Assembly: GCF_032444005.1 (NCBI RefSeq)
Contig: NC_091284.1
Location: forward strand, 621,488,001 to 621,552,000
Direction: 5' to 3'
Source of the DNA: Ranitomeya imitator
Taxonomy: Eukaryota
Length of the DNA: 64,000 nucleotides
The notes beneath the pieces were generated by a model that did not search any database, was not told the DNA's origin, and saw nothing but the letters and a program-made list of their open reading frames with translations. Each line of letters opens with the position of its first letter. Position 1 is the stretch's first letter. A program made the position numbers and the translations under genes. Shown here piece by piece: positions 51,636 to 62,944 of this stretch.

Positions 51636-53936
51636 TAATACTGGTTGCAATATACTCAGCGGTCGTCGTCTTCTCCTAGTTACAGCGATGATCTGTTGAA
51701 CTGCGTTATAATGTGCCGCATCTGTAGCCTGATGGTTCACTTTGTGGAGTGACGGTTACTCTCTCAATGTAAGTCTCTAAATCAGACTGTCTTGCCCTGT
51801 TCTGAGGCTCACAGCAGAAACAAAAAAAATTCAAATAGTGACCTCCACTCCAGACAGCAACCACCGCATTATTCAGCAGGCCATAAAAGCAGTCATCTAA
51901 TGCTATAAAGGACTGGAGCTCCTCTGAGACTGGCGACCGGTGATTATGCCCCTACCTTCATGATGATTACACATATGATACCTAACAAATGTAAAATAAT
52001 ACTGGAATGGTGTTTTACTTACCTTATTCTACTTACAGATGCAAAACAAAAGTATTACATACAACAGCATGAGCTGTCGACTATGCGCTATTCATGGGTC
52101 TAGATACTATAGGTTGACACATAGCTAGGGAAGTTTATCATTCAAGAAGAGTATATCTTCCACTGGAAGCAACCAATGAAGGAAAATATATCCTCACCAC
52201 ACTGCCTACCTCTCCCTGCCCTCGTTCCAGTGATTGACAGGCTGCTTTACAGGCAAGTGAGTGTAATGGCCAAGTACCTATGGCCAGTGAGAGGTAAAAT
52301 TTATCAATACAAAGGGCAGGTGCATACAACCGTTTTCTCTCCATCCGAGAAAAAAGGTCAGATTATTCTGATCATAGTTTGATCAGAATTTGATCAAAGT
52401 GACATTAGTTTTTCTTAGAAGTGGAAAGGAAAAGAAGTTTCTCCACCCACTCCATTCTGTCAGTCAGGTGTTTTCTGAGTGTGGTTCAATGTTTTTCATT
52501 GACCCATAGACTTGCATTGCATCCAACACACTGATCAAATTCGGACATGTCTCCCAGGAAAAAATCTTGGACCACCTGTTCCGAGGAAAAAAATCTGACG
52601 TGCACAGCACCACAGAATATCATGAGTACGAGTGCTATCCATGAAAACATCAGATAGCAGTCGTCTGATATAATCAGTCATGGGCACGATCACTATGTCT
52701 CCGATGACACTAGAGATTCATATTGATGTGCTGTTTTATCTTGTTCATATTGTAAGTATAGAAAAGAAAGTAGGCTGGAACTTGTTTTATACAGGCCTAT
52801 GTAGTGTGATTTATTATCTCCCATACTCCAATGTAGCCTCTGAAATTCCAGTGACGTGACACACCAGGGAGAGTCACAGACAACAGCACTGAAGCACTCA
52901 CCAAACCTACAAAGGAAGAAGCCGAATGCGAGGGTAACTGATGACTATGGTCAATGTAGAGGAAGAAATCAGCTCTATTTGTGAACACTAAGACTGGAGT
53001 GGATGATTTGAGGACTTATGCCACTAAGACAATGAAGAATGATGAGAGCCTTCAGAAAGATTATCTTCTCTCATCAATGTTTCTATTATGCTTTAATGCT
53101 GAGTAGGAGCTAGTATTTTGTAGAGTATGACTGACACTACGGTTTCTCAATACTGTGCATGAATTACCACTTGGTCCACTAACAGATCTGTCTTACTGAG
53201 CTCCATGTCTGTTTTACGCTCCTATCACAGAGGTATTGCTAGAATTGTGGATGCCTAATAGGTCTAACTGTATATTGCTCTATATCTAGATTCAAAAGTA
53301 GCCTCCAATATCAAAGGACCAGCCAGCCATCTAATGTGTATGTGTATCAGGGAAAGTGGGAAATGGTAGTTGAAAATCAAGTACCTGATTATTTTGTATT
53401 TGAGGGAAATTAGTTATTACCAGAGATGTCTGGCTGCAGATTTCTCCTCTCTGTCCACTGAAAATACTTGGGGTAGCCTGAATTTTCATGGGTATGTGAG
53501 ATCCAGGAGAGACATGTGTCTGATACATGTGTATGGCCAGTTTTGTCAGATACAGCTCAGCTTACAGGCTCTTTACGATGGAAATATTATTCAGACATGT
53601 GCGGCCTTAGTAAAACTCAGACAGCACACTTGCCAATGTCATTCTTGGGCTGTTCAGATGCATAAGGCATCATATTAGACTCGCCCATTCAAGTACATAG
53701 GTGTGCAAAAAAAATTCAAATTGCATTGTAAACGATATCTATAACTCTGTACATAACCCCTTTCTCATGTTCAGCACCATAGAATTAATGTTGCTATAAA
53801 AATAAATAGTAATAATAATAATTCAGATTATCCATATTGAATCCAATTTTGATGGATTACAGAATGCTGTAGATAACCCCCTGATGCTGGTGGGCTTAGC
53901 TCACCTTCGATTTTGGGGGTGACAGGTTCCCTTTAA

Positions 53937-54153
53937 GGCCAGGGTCACACTTGCGAGTGTGATGTGAGAACCTCGCGTGAGTCTCTCGCATCAATACCCG
54001 ACACTGCGTTGGCACTTGGGACCGGAATTTGCGGCCGCATGTATTTCTATGCACCCGCATGCCCCAGTCCCGAGTGTCGGTGGCAGTGCCGGGACTTGAT
54101 GCGAGAGACTCGCGTGAGTCTCTCGCATTGGACTTGCAAGTGTGACCCCGGCC
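53937..54153. mobile_element. Harbinger-like palindromic MITE
   Basis: TAA|GGCCAGGGTCACACTTGC...GCAAGTGTGACCCCGGCC|TAA. Confidence 0.78.
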
Positions 54154-55410
54154 TAACTGTTCACTCTCAGTCAACCTCCGCAATAAACAGCTCCACTCAG
54201 TTTGAGCATCTTGTAAGGCTCATAAAACATAAATTTTTCATCACAAAATTATATTTACCTTTTTTTTCATCATACTGCAACTTATTTCCCCTGATTTGAT
54301 CTGTTTATGCTTCCATTATTTAGCTTTTTTGTGGAGATTCTCTGCAGTCATTTGATCATTGCACAATAATTCCCATTTTATAAGCTTCATTTTTGTCAGT
54401 AACCTGAAAAATCTTGAGCGTATCGACTATTTAGATTATTATATTGTTGAAAGTCAACAAAAATCTAAATATCTACTTGCAAATCCAGGACATGAAGCGG
54501 CAGGGAGATTTGCTGTGGGAGATAGTTAACAAAACACAAGGAGTATAAAGCTACATGCAAAAAACTGCAGCAAGTGGAAATACATTTCATGCCAACTGTC
54601 AGCCATATAAAACCCTAAACTACTCTACTTTGCTGTAAACAAGATTATAAAATAAATTGATGATAGTTTCTATTTAAAACCTGCACTATTTCTGCTTTTT
54701 AGGAACGTTGTTTGACAGATTTAAACAGACTTCCATAAAAAAGTCCTGATGTGGAGATTGCCTTGATCTACTGTTCTGTATTTTGTGTATAACTGAAATA
54801 ACTGTACATTTAGAAAAAAATATCAACATATTTTAGCAAGGTTTTATATTATTTATAATATAATATAATATATTATAACATATTTATTTATATTGTATTT
54901 GTCAGAATTCTTAGCGTGCGCCTCATACGTTTTCCTACCAAGGGTTTTCTGGACAACTATGCTAATGATCATAAATGGCCAATGAGTGCCTAATTTTGGC
55001 AAATGGATGTAATAAGCGAGTACGGATGTGGCTACAAAGAACAGCTTTTCCTCTTGAATGCCCACTCACCCCTAATTTTGGTCCTCTTAAGGACCCTTCA
55101 AGGTAGTTGTCTCCTTTAATTTAATAATTTCCTTTTGCATATATAGCACCAACATATTTTGCAATACTGTACAAAAATTGCCATCGGTCACATCACACCT
55201 AATCCCATTACTCTGCCTCCAAAATATAGATGCACACTTGGAAAATGTCATAAAAAACAACAAATAATCTATCTAGCTTTTGTGAAGAAACTGAAATAAC
55301 CAGATGCATATGGAGAACATATGAACTTAGTGGTTTAAAACCCAAAACACGAATGTTTTAACGTTTCAATGCAAATGACTAAGCCATAAGACTGCTTGGA
55401 AATCCATTCA

Positions 55411-55681
55411 AGGCAACCTGTCATGCAAAAAAAACACTATTAGCCTGCAGATATGGGGTAATCTGATGTATAGCCAGCCGTTAGTTTGTGCCAGTGCTAT
55501 GTACTGAGCGGTGACTGAAGCTGCACCATCCCACCCAAACGACTGAAAGCCTGAAGCTGTCGGGAAGAATGTAGATCATTTCCTCCCGGCAGCGTAGCTA
55601 TGTTTGCAGGCATCTGGCTGGCTCAGATGAAATTAACACAAATCTGCAGGTTAATAGCATTTTTTACATAACAGGCTCCCT
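55411..55681. mobile_element. Decayed Kolobok/T2-like MITE
   Basis: AGGCAACCTGT...ACAGGCTCCCT|TTAA. Confidence 0.5.
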
Positions 55682-57643
55682 TTAAAAAGGTTCTGCATAA
55701 ATAGTCTGTTCACATTATTGCTCACTTCCCTAGCACTGAATAATCAACTTAAATCTGGGAGAAAATTTAGCAACAAGAGTTCTTTAATGCAACTAAAGTG
55801 CAAAAATTACTTTACACAATGTGCAATTTTTTAAATTCAATTTAGCTCTTCTCCATTGTTTCTAAACCCGAGACCCTTGCATAATAACTCAGAATTCTGT
55901 AATGAAGCGTTTGAAAATATGTTTTCTAAAACCTAACTTCTCAACCAGTGGTTGGTCTACATGAGCTAATACATACAGGAGGTATTCAGTGCACGCTCAT
56001 GTGCTATTGGGCAGCACAGTGTATTCTCATAGCCATTATGGTGATTTGCTTAAGAACCTTGATGTATACTGCTCTAACTCCGGCACCTTTTAGGCCTCAT
56101 TTAGACATTTATTATTCACACACGTGTTCTATCCGTGGTTTTCTTAGATTAAACATATCGAAACCAGTAAGTCTAACCTCTATTGTTGGTAAAATATTTG
56201 AAGGGTTTCTGAGGGATGTTATTCTGGATTATCTCAATGAGAATAACTGTTTAACTCCATATCAGCATGGGTTTATGAGAAATCGCTCCTGTCAAACCAA
56301 TCTAATCAGTTTTTATGAAGAGGTAAGCTATAGACTGGACCACGGTGAGTCATTGGACGTGGTATATCTCGATTTTTCCAAAGCGTTTGATACCGTGCCG
56401 CACAAGAGGTTGGTACACAAAATGAGAATGCTTGGTCTGGGGGAAAATGTGTGTAAATGGGTTAGTAACTGGCTTAGTGATAGAAAGCAGAGGGTGGTTA
56501 TAAATGGTATAGTCTCTAACTGGGTCGCTGTGACCAGTGGGGTACCGCAGGGGTCAGTATTGGGACCTGTTCTCTTCAACATATTCATTAATGATCTGGT
56601 AGAAGGTTTACACAGTAAAATATCGATATTTGCAGATGATACAAAACTATGTAAAGCAGTTAATACAAGAGAAGATAGTATTCTGCTACAGATGGATCTG
56701 GATAAGTTGGAAACTTGGGCTGAAAGGTGGCAGATGAGGTTTAACAATGATAAATGTAAGGTTATACACATGGGAAGAGGGAATGAATATCACCATTACA
56801 CACTGAACGGGAAACCACTGGGTAAATCTGACAGGGAGAAGGACTTGGGGATCCTAGTTAATGATAAACTTACCTGGAGCAGCCAGTGCCAGGCAGCAGC
56901 TGCCAAGGCAAACAGGATCATGGGGTGCATTAAAAGAGGTCTGGATACACATGATGAGAGCATTATACTGCCTCTGTACAAATCCCTAGTTAGACCGCAC
57001 ATGGAGTACTGTGTCCAGTTTTGGGCACCGGTGCTCAGGAAGGATATAATGGAACTAGAGAGAGTACAAAGGAGGGCAACAAAATTAATAAAGGGGATGG
57101 GAGAACTACAATACCCAGATAGATTAGCGAAATTAGGATTATTTAGTCTAGAAAAAAGACGACTGAGGGGCGATCTAATAACCATGTATAAGTATATAAG
57201 GGGACAATACAAATATCTCGCTGAGGATCTGTTTATACAGCATAGCCAGCCACTAGACTCTAAAACTTAACATTTAATATGTATACCTCTAAAATTATGT
57301 GTACTTTAAAAACAATTAGGTGCTCATGTTTAAACGTGCACTAGACAAGAAAAATGGCATGATCTCACCCAATTGCTGTCTCTCTTCTTGTTACAGATTC
57401 TTGTGCTTATTGAGAGCACGGCATGGGACGGAGACCAATAGACCTTTTCCAATGGGGGGGAGAAGAAAAGAAAAAAAAAAAAAAAAGATATAGGTAGGTG
57501 GGGGGGAAGGGTTTGAAGCTATCTTCCCTGTCGTGCCCCGTGTATAAGACTCCCGCCCTAACAAGGGCAGTCCCCAAGTTTGAGCCTACTTAATGAAGCC
57601 CTTTGGTTAATATAACCACCCTGGATGATATGTCCTCTTTCTC

Positions 57644-57688
57644 TTCCCAACGCGTTTCCCTCCCCGTTACGGGGGTTCATCAGGGGAA
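57644..57688 (-). ncRNA. Minimal type-I hammerhead ribozyme motif (mirror copy)
   Basis: Exact reverse complement of 57870-57914. Confidence 0.6.
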
Positions 57689-57869
57689 TAAAATGTCCAG
57701 GTTAAATGTCCAGGTTAATGGAGGTATTCTGCAGTGGCAGACAAAACCTCATTCAGCGGCGTCCTCCATGTGACTGCCTTATCCTCACATGGAGGACGCC
57801 GCTGAATGAGGTTATGTCTGCCACTGCAGAATACCTCCATTAACCTGGACATTTAACCTGGACATTTTA

Positions 57870-57914
57870 TTCCCCTGATGAACCCCCGTAACGGGGAGGG
57901 AAACGCGTTGGGAA
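57870..57914 (+). ncRNA. Minimal type-I hammerhead ribozyme motif
   Basis: UUCCC-CUGAUGA-AC-CCCCG-UAA-CGGGG-AGG-GAAAC-GC-GUU-GGGAA: 5-bp stem I, intact core, palindromic ACGCGU stem III, GUU triplet; activity untested. Confidence 0.62.
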
Positions 57915-58753
57915 GAGAAAGAGGACATATCATCCAGGGTGGTTATATTAACCAAAGGGCTTCATTAAGTAGGCTCAAACTTGGGGACTGCCCTTGTTAG
58001 GGCGGGAGTCTTATACACGGGGCACGACAGGGAAGATAGCTTCAAACCCTTCCCCCCCACCTACCTATATCTTTTTTTTTTTTTTCTTTTTTCTTTTCTT
58101 CTCCCCCCCATTGGAAAAGGTCTATTGGTCTCCGTCCCATGCCGTGCTCTCAATAAGCACAAGAATCTGTAACAAGAAGAGAGACAGCAATTGGGTGAGA
58201 TCATGCCATTTTTCTTGTCTAGTGCACGTTTAAACATGAGCACCTAATTGTTTTTAAAGTACACATAATTTTAGAGGTATACATATTAAATGTTAAGTTT
58301 TAGAGTCTAGTGGCTGGCTATGCTGGGTTGTTAGTTAAAAGTGGTCAGACGTGATTAGGAACGATACGTTCTGGTTTCTTTCTTTTTTCCTGCTGAATTC
58401 ATACAAGGATCTGTTTATACCAAGGAAGGTGACGGGTACAAGGGGGCATTCTTTGCGTCTGGAGGAGAGAAGGTTTTTCCACCAACATAGAAGAGGAATC
58501 TTTACTGTTAGGGCAGTGAGAATCTGGAATTGCTTGCCTGAGGAGGTGGTGATGACGAACTCAGTCGAGGGGTTCAAGAGAGGCCTGGATGTCTTCCTGG
58601 AGCAGAACAATATTGTATCATACAATTATTAGGTTCTGTAGAAGGACGTAGATCTGGGTACTTATTATGATGGAATATAGGCTGAACTGGATGGACAAAT
58701 GTCTTTTTTCGGCCTTACTAACTATGTTACTATGTATGTTACTATGAAACAAA

Positions 58754-60490
58754 TCTATAATATAAGGCTGGGAGCGTCACTGTGTCCGAAGCCTTTTTAG
58801 ACTGCGCAAGCGCAAGCGCCGGCGCAGTCTGGACCCCACAGAGTGATGCTCCAAGGAGATCCCGGTATGCGTAAGCACTGAACGCACACCGTGATCTCCA
58901 ATGGATAGCAGGGACGCGCCAGGAGGGTGAGTATGAGCTATATTCACCTGGCCCTGATCCAGCGCTGCCCGCCGCTCTGTCCTCCGGGTCCTCTGCTGTG
59001 ACGTTCACAGTTCAGAGGGCGCGATGACGCGCTTAATGCGCGCCGCCCTCTGACTGAACAGTCACAGCCTGAGGACCTGGAACACGGAGCGGAACGCAGC
59101 GCTGGATCAGGGCCAGGTGAATATAGCAAGTGTTGGGGGCCTGAGCTAGCGGCAACTCCGGCACCTGACCCCGACAGCGCGCCGATGTCCCCGCCTGCTC
59201 AGGCCCCCCAGCACTCGGCGCCCAGCGACGATAGGTGAGTATGGTATTTTTTTTATATATATCGCAGCAGCATACGGGGCATAAACTATGGAGCATCTTA
59301 TGGGGCCATCAACCATAATGGAGCAGTGTACGGGGGCATATACCATGGAGCATCTTATGGGGGCGATAAACCTTTATGGAGCAGTGTACGGGGCATATAA
59401 TATGGAGCATCTTATGGGGGCCATAAACCTTTATGGAGAAGTGTACGGTGGCATATACAATGGAGCATCTTATGGGGGCCATAAACGTTTATGGAGCAGT
59501 GTACGGGGCATATACTATGGAGCATCTTATGGGGGCTATAAACCTTTATGGAGCAGTGTACGGGCATATACTATGGAGCATCTTATGGGGGCCATAAACC
59601 TTTATGGAGCAGTGTACGGGCATATACTATGGAGCATCTTATGGGGACCTTTATGGAGCAGCGTATGGGGCATATGGATGGAAGCAGCAAATTACAGAAC
59701 GGTGGCGCAGGATGGGAGCAGCACATGACAGAATGGGGGCGCAGGATGGGAGCAGCACATGATAGAATAGGGCAGCACATGACAGAACGGGGGTGCAGGA
59801 TGGCAGCAGCACATGACAGAAGGGGGGTGCAGGATGGAAGCAGCACATGACAGAACGGGGGCACAGGATGGGAGCAGCACATGACAGAACGAGGGTGCAG
59901 GATGGCAGCAGCACATGACAGAACGGGGGTGCAGGATGAAAGCAGAACATGACAGAACGGGGGTGCAGGATGGCAGCAGCACATGACAGAACGGGGGTGC
60001 AGGATGGAAGCAGCACATGACAGAACGGGGGCGCAGGATGGCAGCAGCACATGACAGAACGCGGGCGCAGGATGGGAGCAGCACATGACAGGATAGGGGC
60101 GCAGGATGGGAGCAGCAAATTACAGAATGGAGGCGCAGGATGGGTGCAGCACATGTCAGAATAAAGGCGCAGGATGGGTGCAGCACATGTCAGAATGGAG
60201 GCGCAGGATGGGTGCAGCACATGTCAGAATGGGGGCGCAGGATGGGAGCAGCACATGTCAGAATGGGGGCGCAGGATGGGTGCAGCACATGACAGGATGG
60301 GGACGCAGGATGGAGCAGCACATGACAGGATGGGGGCACAGGATGGAGCAACTCATGACAGGATGGGAACGCAGGATGGAGCAGCACATGACAGGATGGG
60401 TGTGCAGGATGGAGCAGCACATACCAGGATGGAGACCATATACCAATATAAATGCTCGCCACCTGGGCATAGAACGGGTTCAATAGCTAG
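58754..60490 (+). mobile_element. Non-autonomous Helitron, family B, copy 2, with the same two minisatellite arrays
   Basis: A|TCTATAATATAAGGCTGGGAGCGTCAC...GAACGGGTTCAATAGCTAG|T. Confidence 0.85.
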
Positions 60491-60589
60491 TACCTTTAAT
60501 AATTAATAGAGCTGTTCAGATGTCTGTTTATTTTTGTGCACCGAGTGGTCCATAAAGAGTCTTGCCGAAATGTTTGTTTAGAGTCCAAC

Positions 60590-60940
60590 AAATAAAGATT
60601 TCTCCTTGTGTAGTGTGACATACCAGCTCTGGCTTGTTAAGGTAAGGAGGCTTATTCGCTGTGCAATGCTCCTCTGGGAAATGTAATATGTAAATTGCCT
60701 CTTCAGAGAAAAAGAGGACTTGAACTCTATAGAGCCACCTATTGGAAGTAGCGATCCTACAAGTCACAATCAACCCTTTAACGAGCCCGAAACACCATGT
60801 CTGCAAATTGAGATACTGATTTGGCTTTTATCCTAAGTCATTTTGCAAGACTCGATAAAGGGTTGATTGTGACTTGTAAGATCGCTACTTCCAATAGGTG
60901 GCGCTATAGAGTTCAAGTCCTCTTTTTCTCTTAAGAGACA
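60590..60940. repeat. Unclassified repeat in head-to-head inverted arrangement
   Basis: Arms ~60688-60786 and ~60851-60936 are reverse complements; homologous to 34590-34850. Confidence 0.8.
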
Positions 60941-61491
60941 ATATTCATATTGGGATAAAGCCTGCATTTATATGGGAAGGTGGGATACTGCTGTAATTTA
61001 AAACTTTAGCCCAAGAGAGGATTCACATTATGCAGGTGAAACTCTGAAAGTGAAAAGTGATCTACTGACCCAACATCGATGAAACTTGGATGAAAAACAT
61101 TGATGACTGTTTTTTTTGCAACACTTAACATCTGACTGAAGCCTTAGACATCATCATATGAATTAACCAGAAAATAGGTAATAACTTGTTGATCGGTCGT
61201 GTGCTGAGACCTGCACTAATTAGCAGAATGGGCAACTTTTAATTCTGTTAGAATCAAACGATAGTGTTCATGTGTGACTTGGGTGCCATTCATTCTCTAT
61301 GTGGATACCATGTGCTGTACTCAGTTTTTTTTGCAGCAACATCCTAGAGAATGAATGGAGTGGTAGCAACAATTTGTAATGTGAATAAAGGTTATCCAAC
61401 TGGTATAAACATTTCCCGATGTACCTATCCTGCAGATAAGTGAAATATTGTTTACACCGGACAACATTTGCATGATGCATTTTTAATTTTC

Positions 61492-61495
<4 letters not shown>

Positions 61496-61543
<48 letters not shown>
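61496..61543. repeat. (TA)n microsatellite abutting the Tc1 end
   Basis: Direct reading. Confidence 0.95.
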
Positions 61544-61546
<3 letters not shown>

Positions 61547-62942
61547 TGGGGCAAAAAAGTATTTAGTCAGTCAGCAATAGTGCAAGTTCCACCACTTAAA
61601 AAGATGGGAGGCGTCTGTAATTTACATCATAGGTAGAACTCACCTATGGGAGACAAACTGAGAAAAAAAAATCCAGAAAATCACATTGTCTGTTTTTTTT
61701 AACATTTTATTTGCATATTATGGTGGAAAATAAGTATTTGGTCAGAAACAAAATTCCATCTCAATACTTTGTAATATATCCTTTGTTGGCAATGACAGAG
61801 GTCAAACGTTTTCTGTAAGTCTTCACAAGGTTGCCACACACTGTTGTTGGTATGTTGGCCCATTCCTCCATGCAGATCTCCTCTAGAGCAGTGATGTTTT
61901 TGGCTTTTCGCTTGGCAACACGGACTTTCAACTCCCTCCAAAGGTTTTCTATAGGGTTGAGATCTGGAGACTGGCTAGGCCACTCCACTCCGGGACCTTG
62001 AAATGCTTCTTACGAAGCCACTCCTTCGTTGCCCTGGCGGTGTGCTTTGGATCATTGTCATGTTGAAAGACCCAGCCATGTTTCATCTTCAATGCCCTTG
62101 CTGATGGAAGGAGGTTTGCACTCAAAATCTCACGATACATGGCCCCATTCATTCTTTCATGTACCCGGATCAGTTGTCCTGGCCCCTTTGCAAAGAAACA
62201 GCCCCAAAGCATGATGTTTCCACCACCATGCTTTACAGTAGGTATGGTGTTTGATGGATGCAACTCAGTATTCTTTTTCCTCCAAACACGACAAGTTGTG
62301 TTTCTACCAAACAGTTCCAGTTTGATTTCATCAGACCATAGGACATTCTCCCAAAACTCCTCTGGATCATCCAAATGCTCTCTAGCAAACTTCAGATGGG
62401 CCCGGACATGTACTGGCTTAAGCAGTGGGACACGTCTGGCACTGCAGGATCTGAGTCCATGGTGGCATAGTGTGTTACTTATGGTAGGCCTTGTTACATT
62501 GGTCCCAGCTCTCTGCAGTTCATTCACTAGGTCCCCCCGCGTGGTTCTGGGATTTTTGCTCACCGTTCTTGTGATCATTCTGACCCCACGGGGTGGGATT
62601 TTGCGTGGAGCCCCAGATCGAGGGAGATTATCAGTGGTCTTGTATGTTTTCCATTTTCTAATTATTGCTCCCACTGTTGATTTCTTCACTCCAAGCTGGT
62701 TGGCTATTGCAGATTCAGTCTTCCCAGCCTGGTGCAGGGCTACAATTTTGTTTCTGGTGTCCTTTGACAGCTCTTTGGTCTTCACCATAGTGGAGTTTGG
62801 AGTCAGACTGTTTGAGGGTGTGCACAGGTGTCTTTTTATACTGATAACAAGTTTAAACAGGCGCCATTACTACAGGTAATGAATGGAGGAAAGAGGAGAC
62901 TCTTAAAGAAGAAGTTACAGGTCTGTGAGAGCCAGAAATCTT
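61544..62942 (-). mobile_element. Tc1-family transposon 3; the TIR upstream of the transposase gene is missing or displaced
   Basis: TA|CAGTGGGGCAAAAAAGTATTTAG terminus plus a near-intact transposase. Confidence 0.92.
61761..62788 (-). pseudogene. Tc1 (DD34E) transposase, full length apart from one frameshift
   Basis: ORF 61949-62788 ([10 protein letters not shown]...GAPRK...WSDE...[13 protein letters not shown]...HDNDPKH) joins ORF 61761-61988 ([15 protein letters not shown]); duplicated CACTC at 61981-61990. Confidence 0.92.
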
Positions 62943-62944
62943 AA

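Larger units (their letters stand above)
57239..58405. mobile_element. Fold-back, HHR-bearing insertion (probable non-autonomous Penelope-like element)
   Basis: Arms 57238-57773 and 57785-58325, 11-nt loop, ~80-bp one-sided extension; 15-bp TSD AGGATCTGTTTATAC at 57224-57238 and 58406-58420. Confidence 0.8.
56164..58746 (+). pseudogene. 5'-truncated CR1 LINE with an uninterrupted RT domain, split by a 1167-bp insertion
   Basis: PVSLTSIVGKIFE, QHGFMRNRSCQTNLISFY, YLDFSKAFDTVPH, SGVPQGSVLGPVLFNIFINDL, FADDTKL...KYLAEDLFI; ORF2 resumes at 58406 (DLFIPRK...SYNY*), then 3' UTR and tail. Confidence 0.93.

Noticed and set aside
52853-52940. Exon-like purine-rich stretch ending GAGG|GTAACT
   Set aside because: Weak acceptor, unrecognised peptide.
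55948-56163. N-terminal part of the 440-aa ORF as a novel RT fusion protein
   Set aside because: RT homology starts only at ~56164; upstream is chance read-through, and the C-terminal QHSQPLDSKT comes from the fold-back insertion.
62139-62879. 246-aa plus-strand ORF (also 30913-31560, 56328-57212 and 5985-6461)
   Set aside because: Antisense shadows of Tc1, CR1 and R4 coding sequences.
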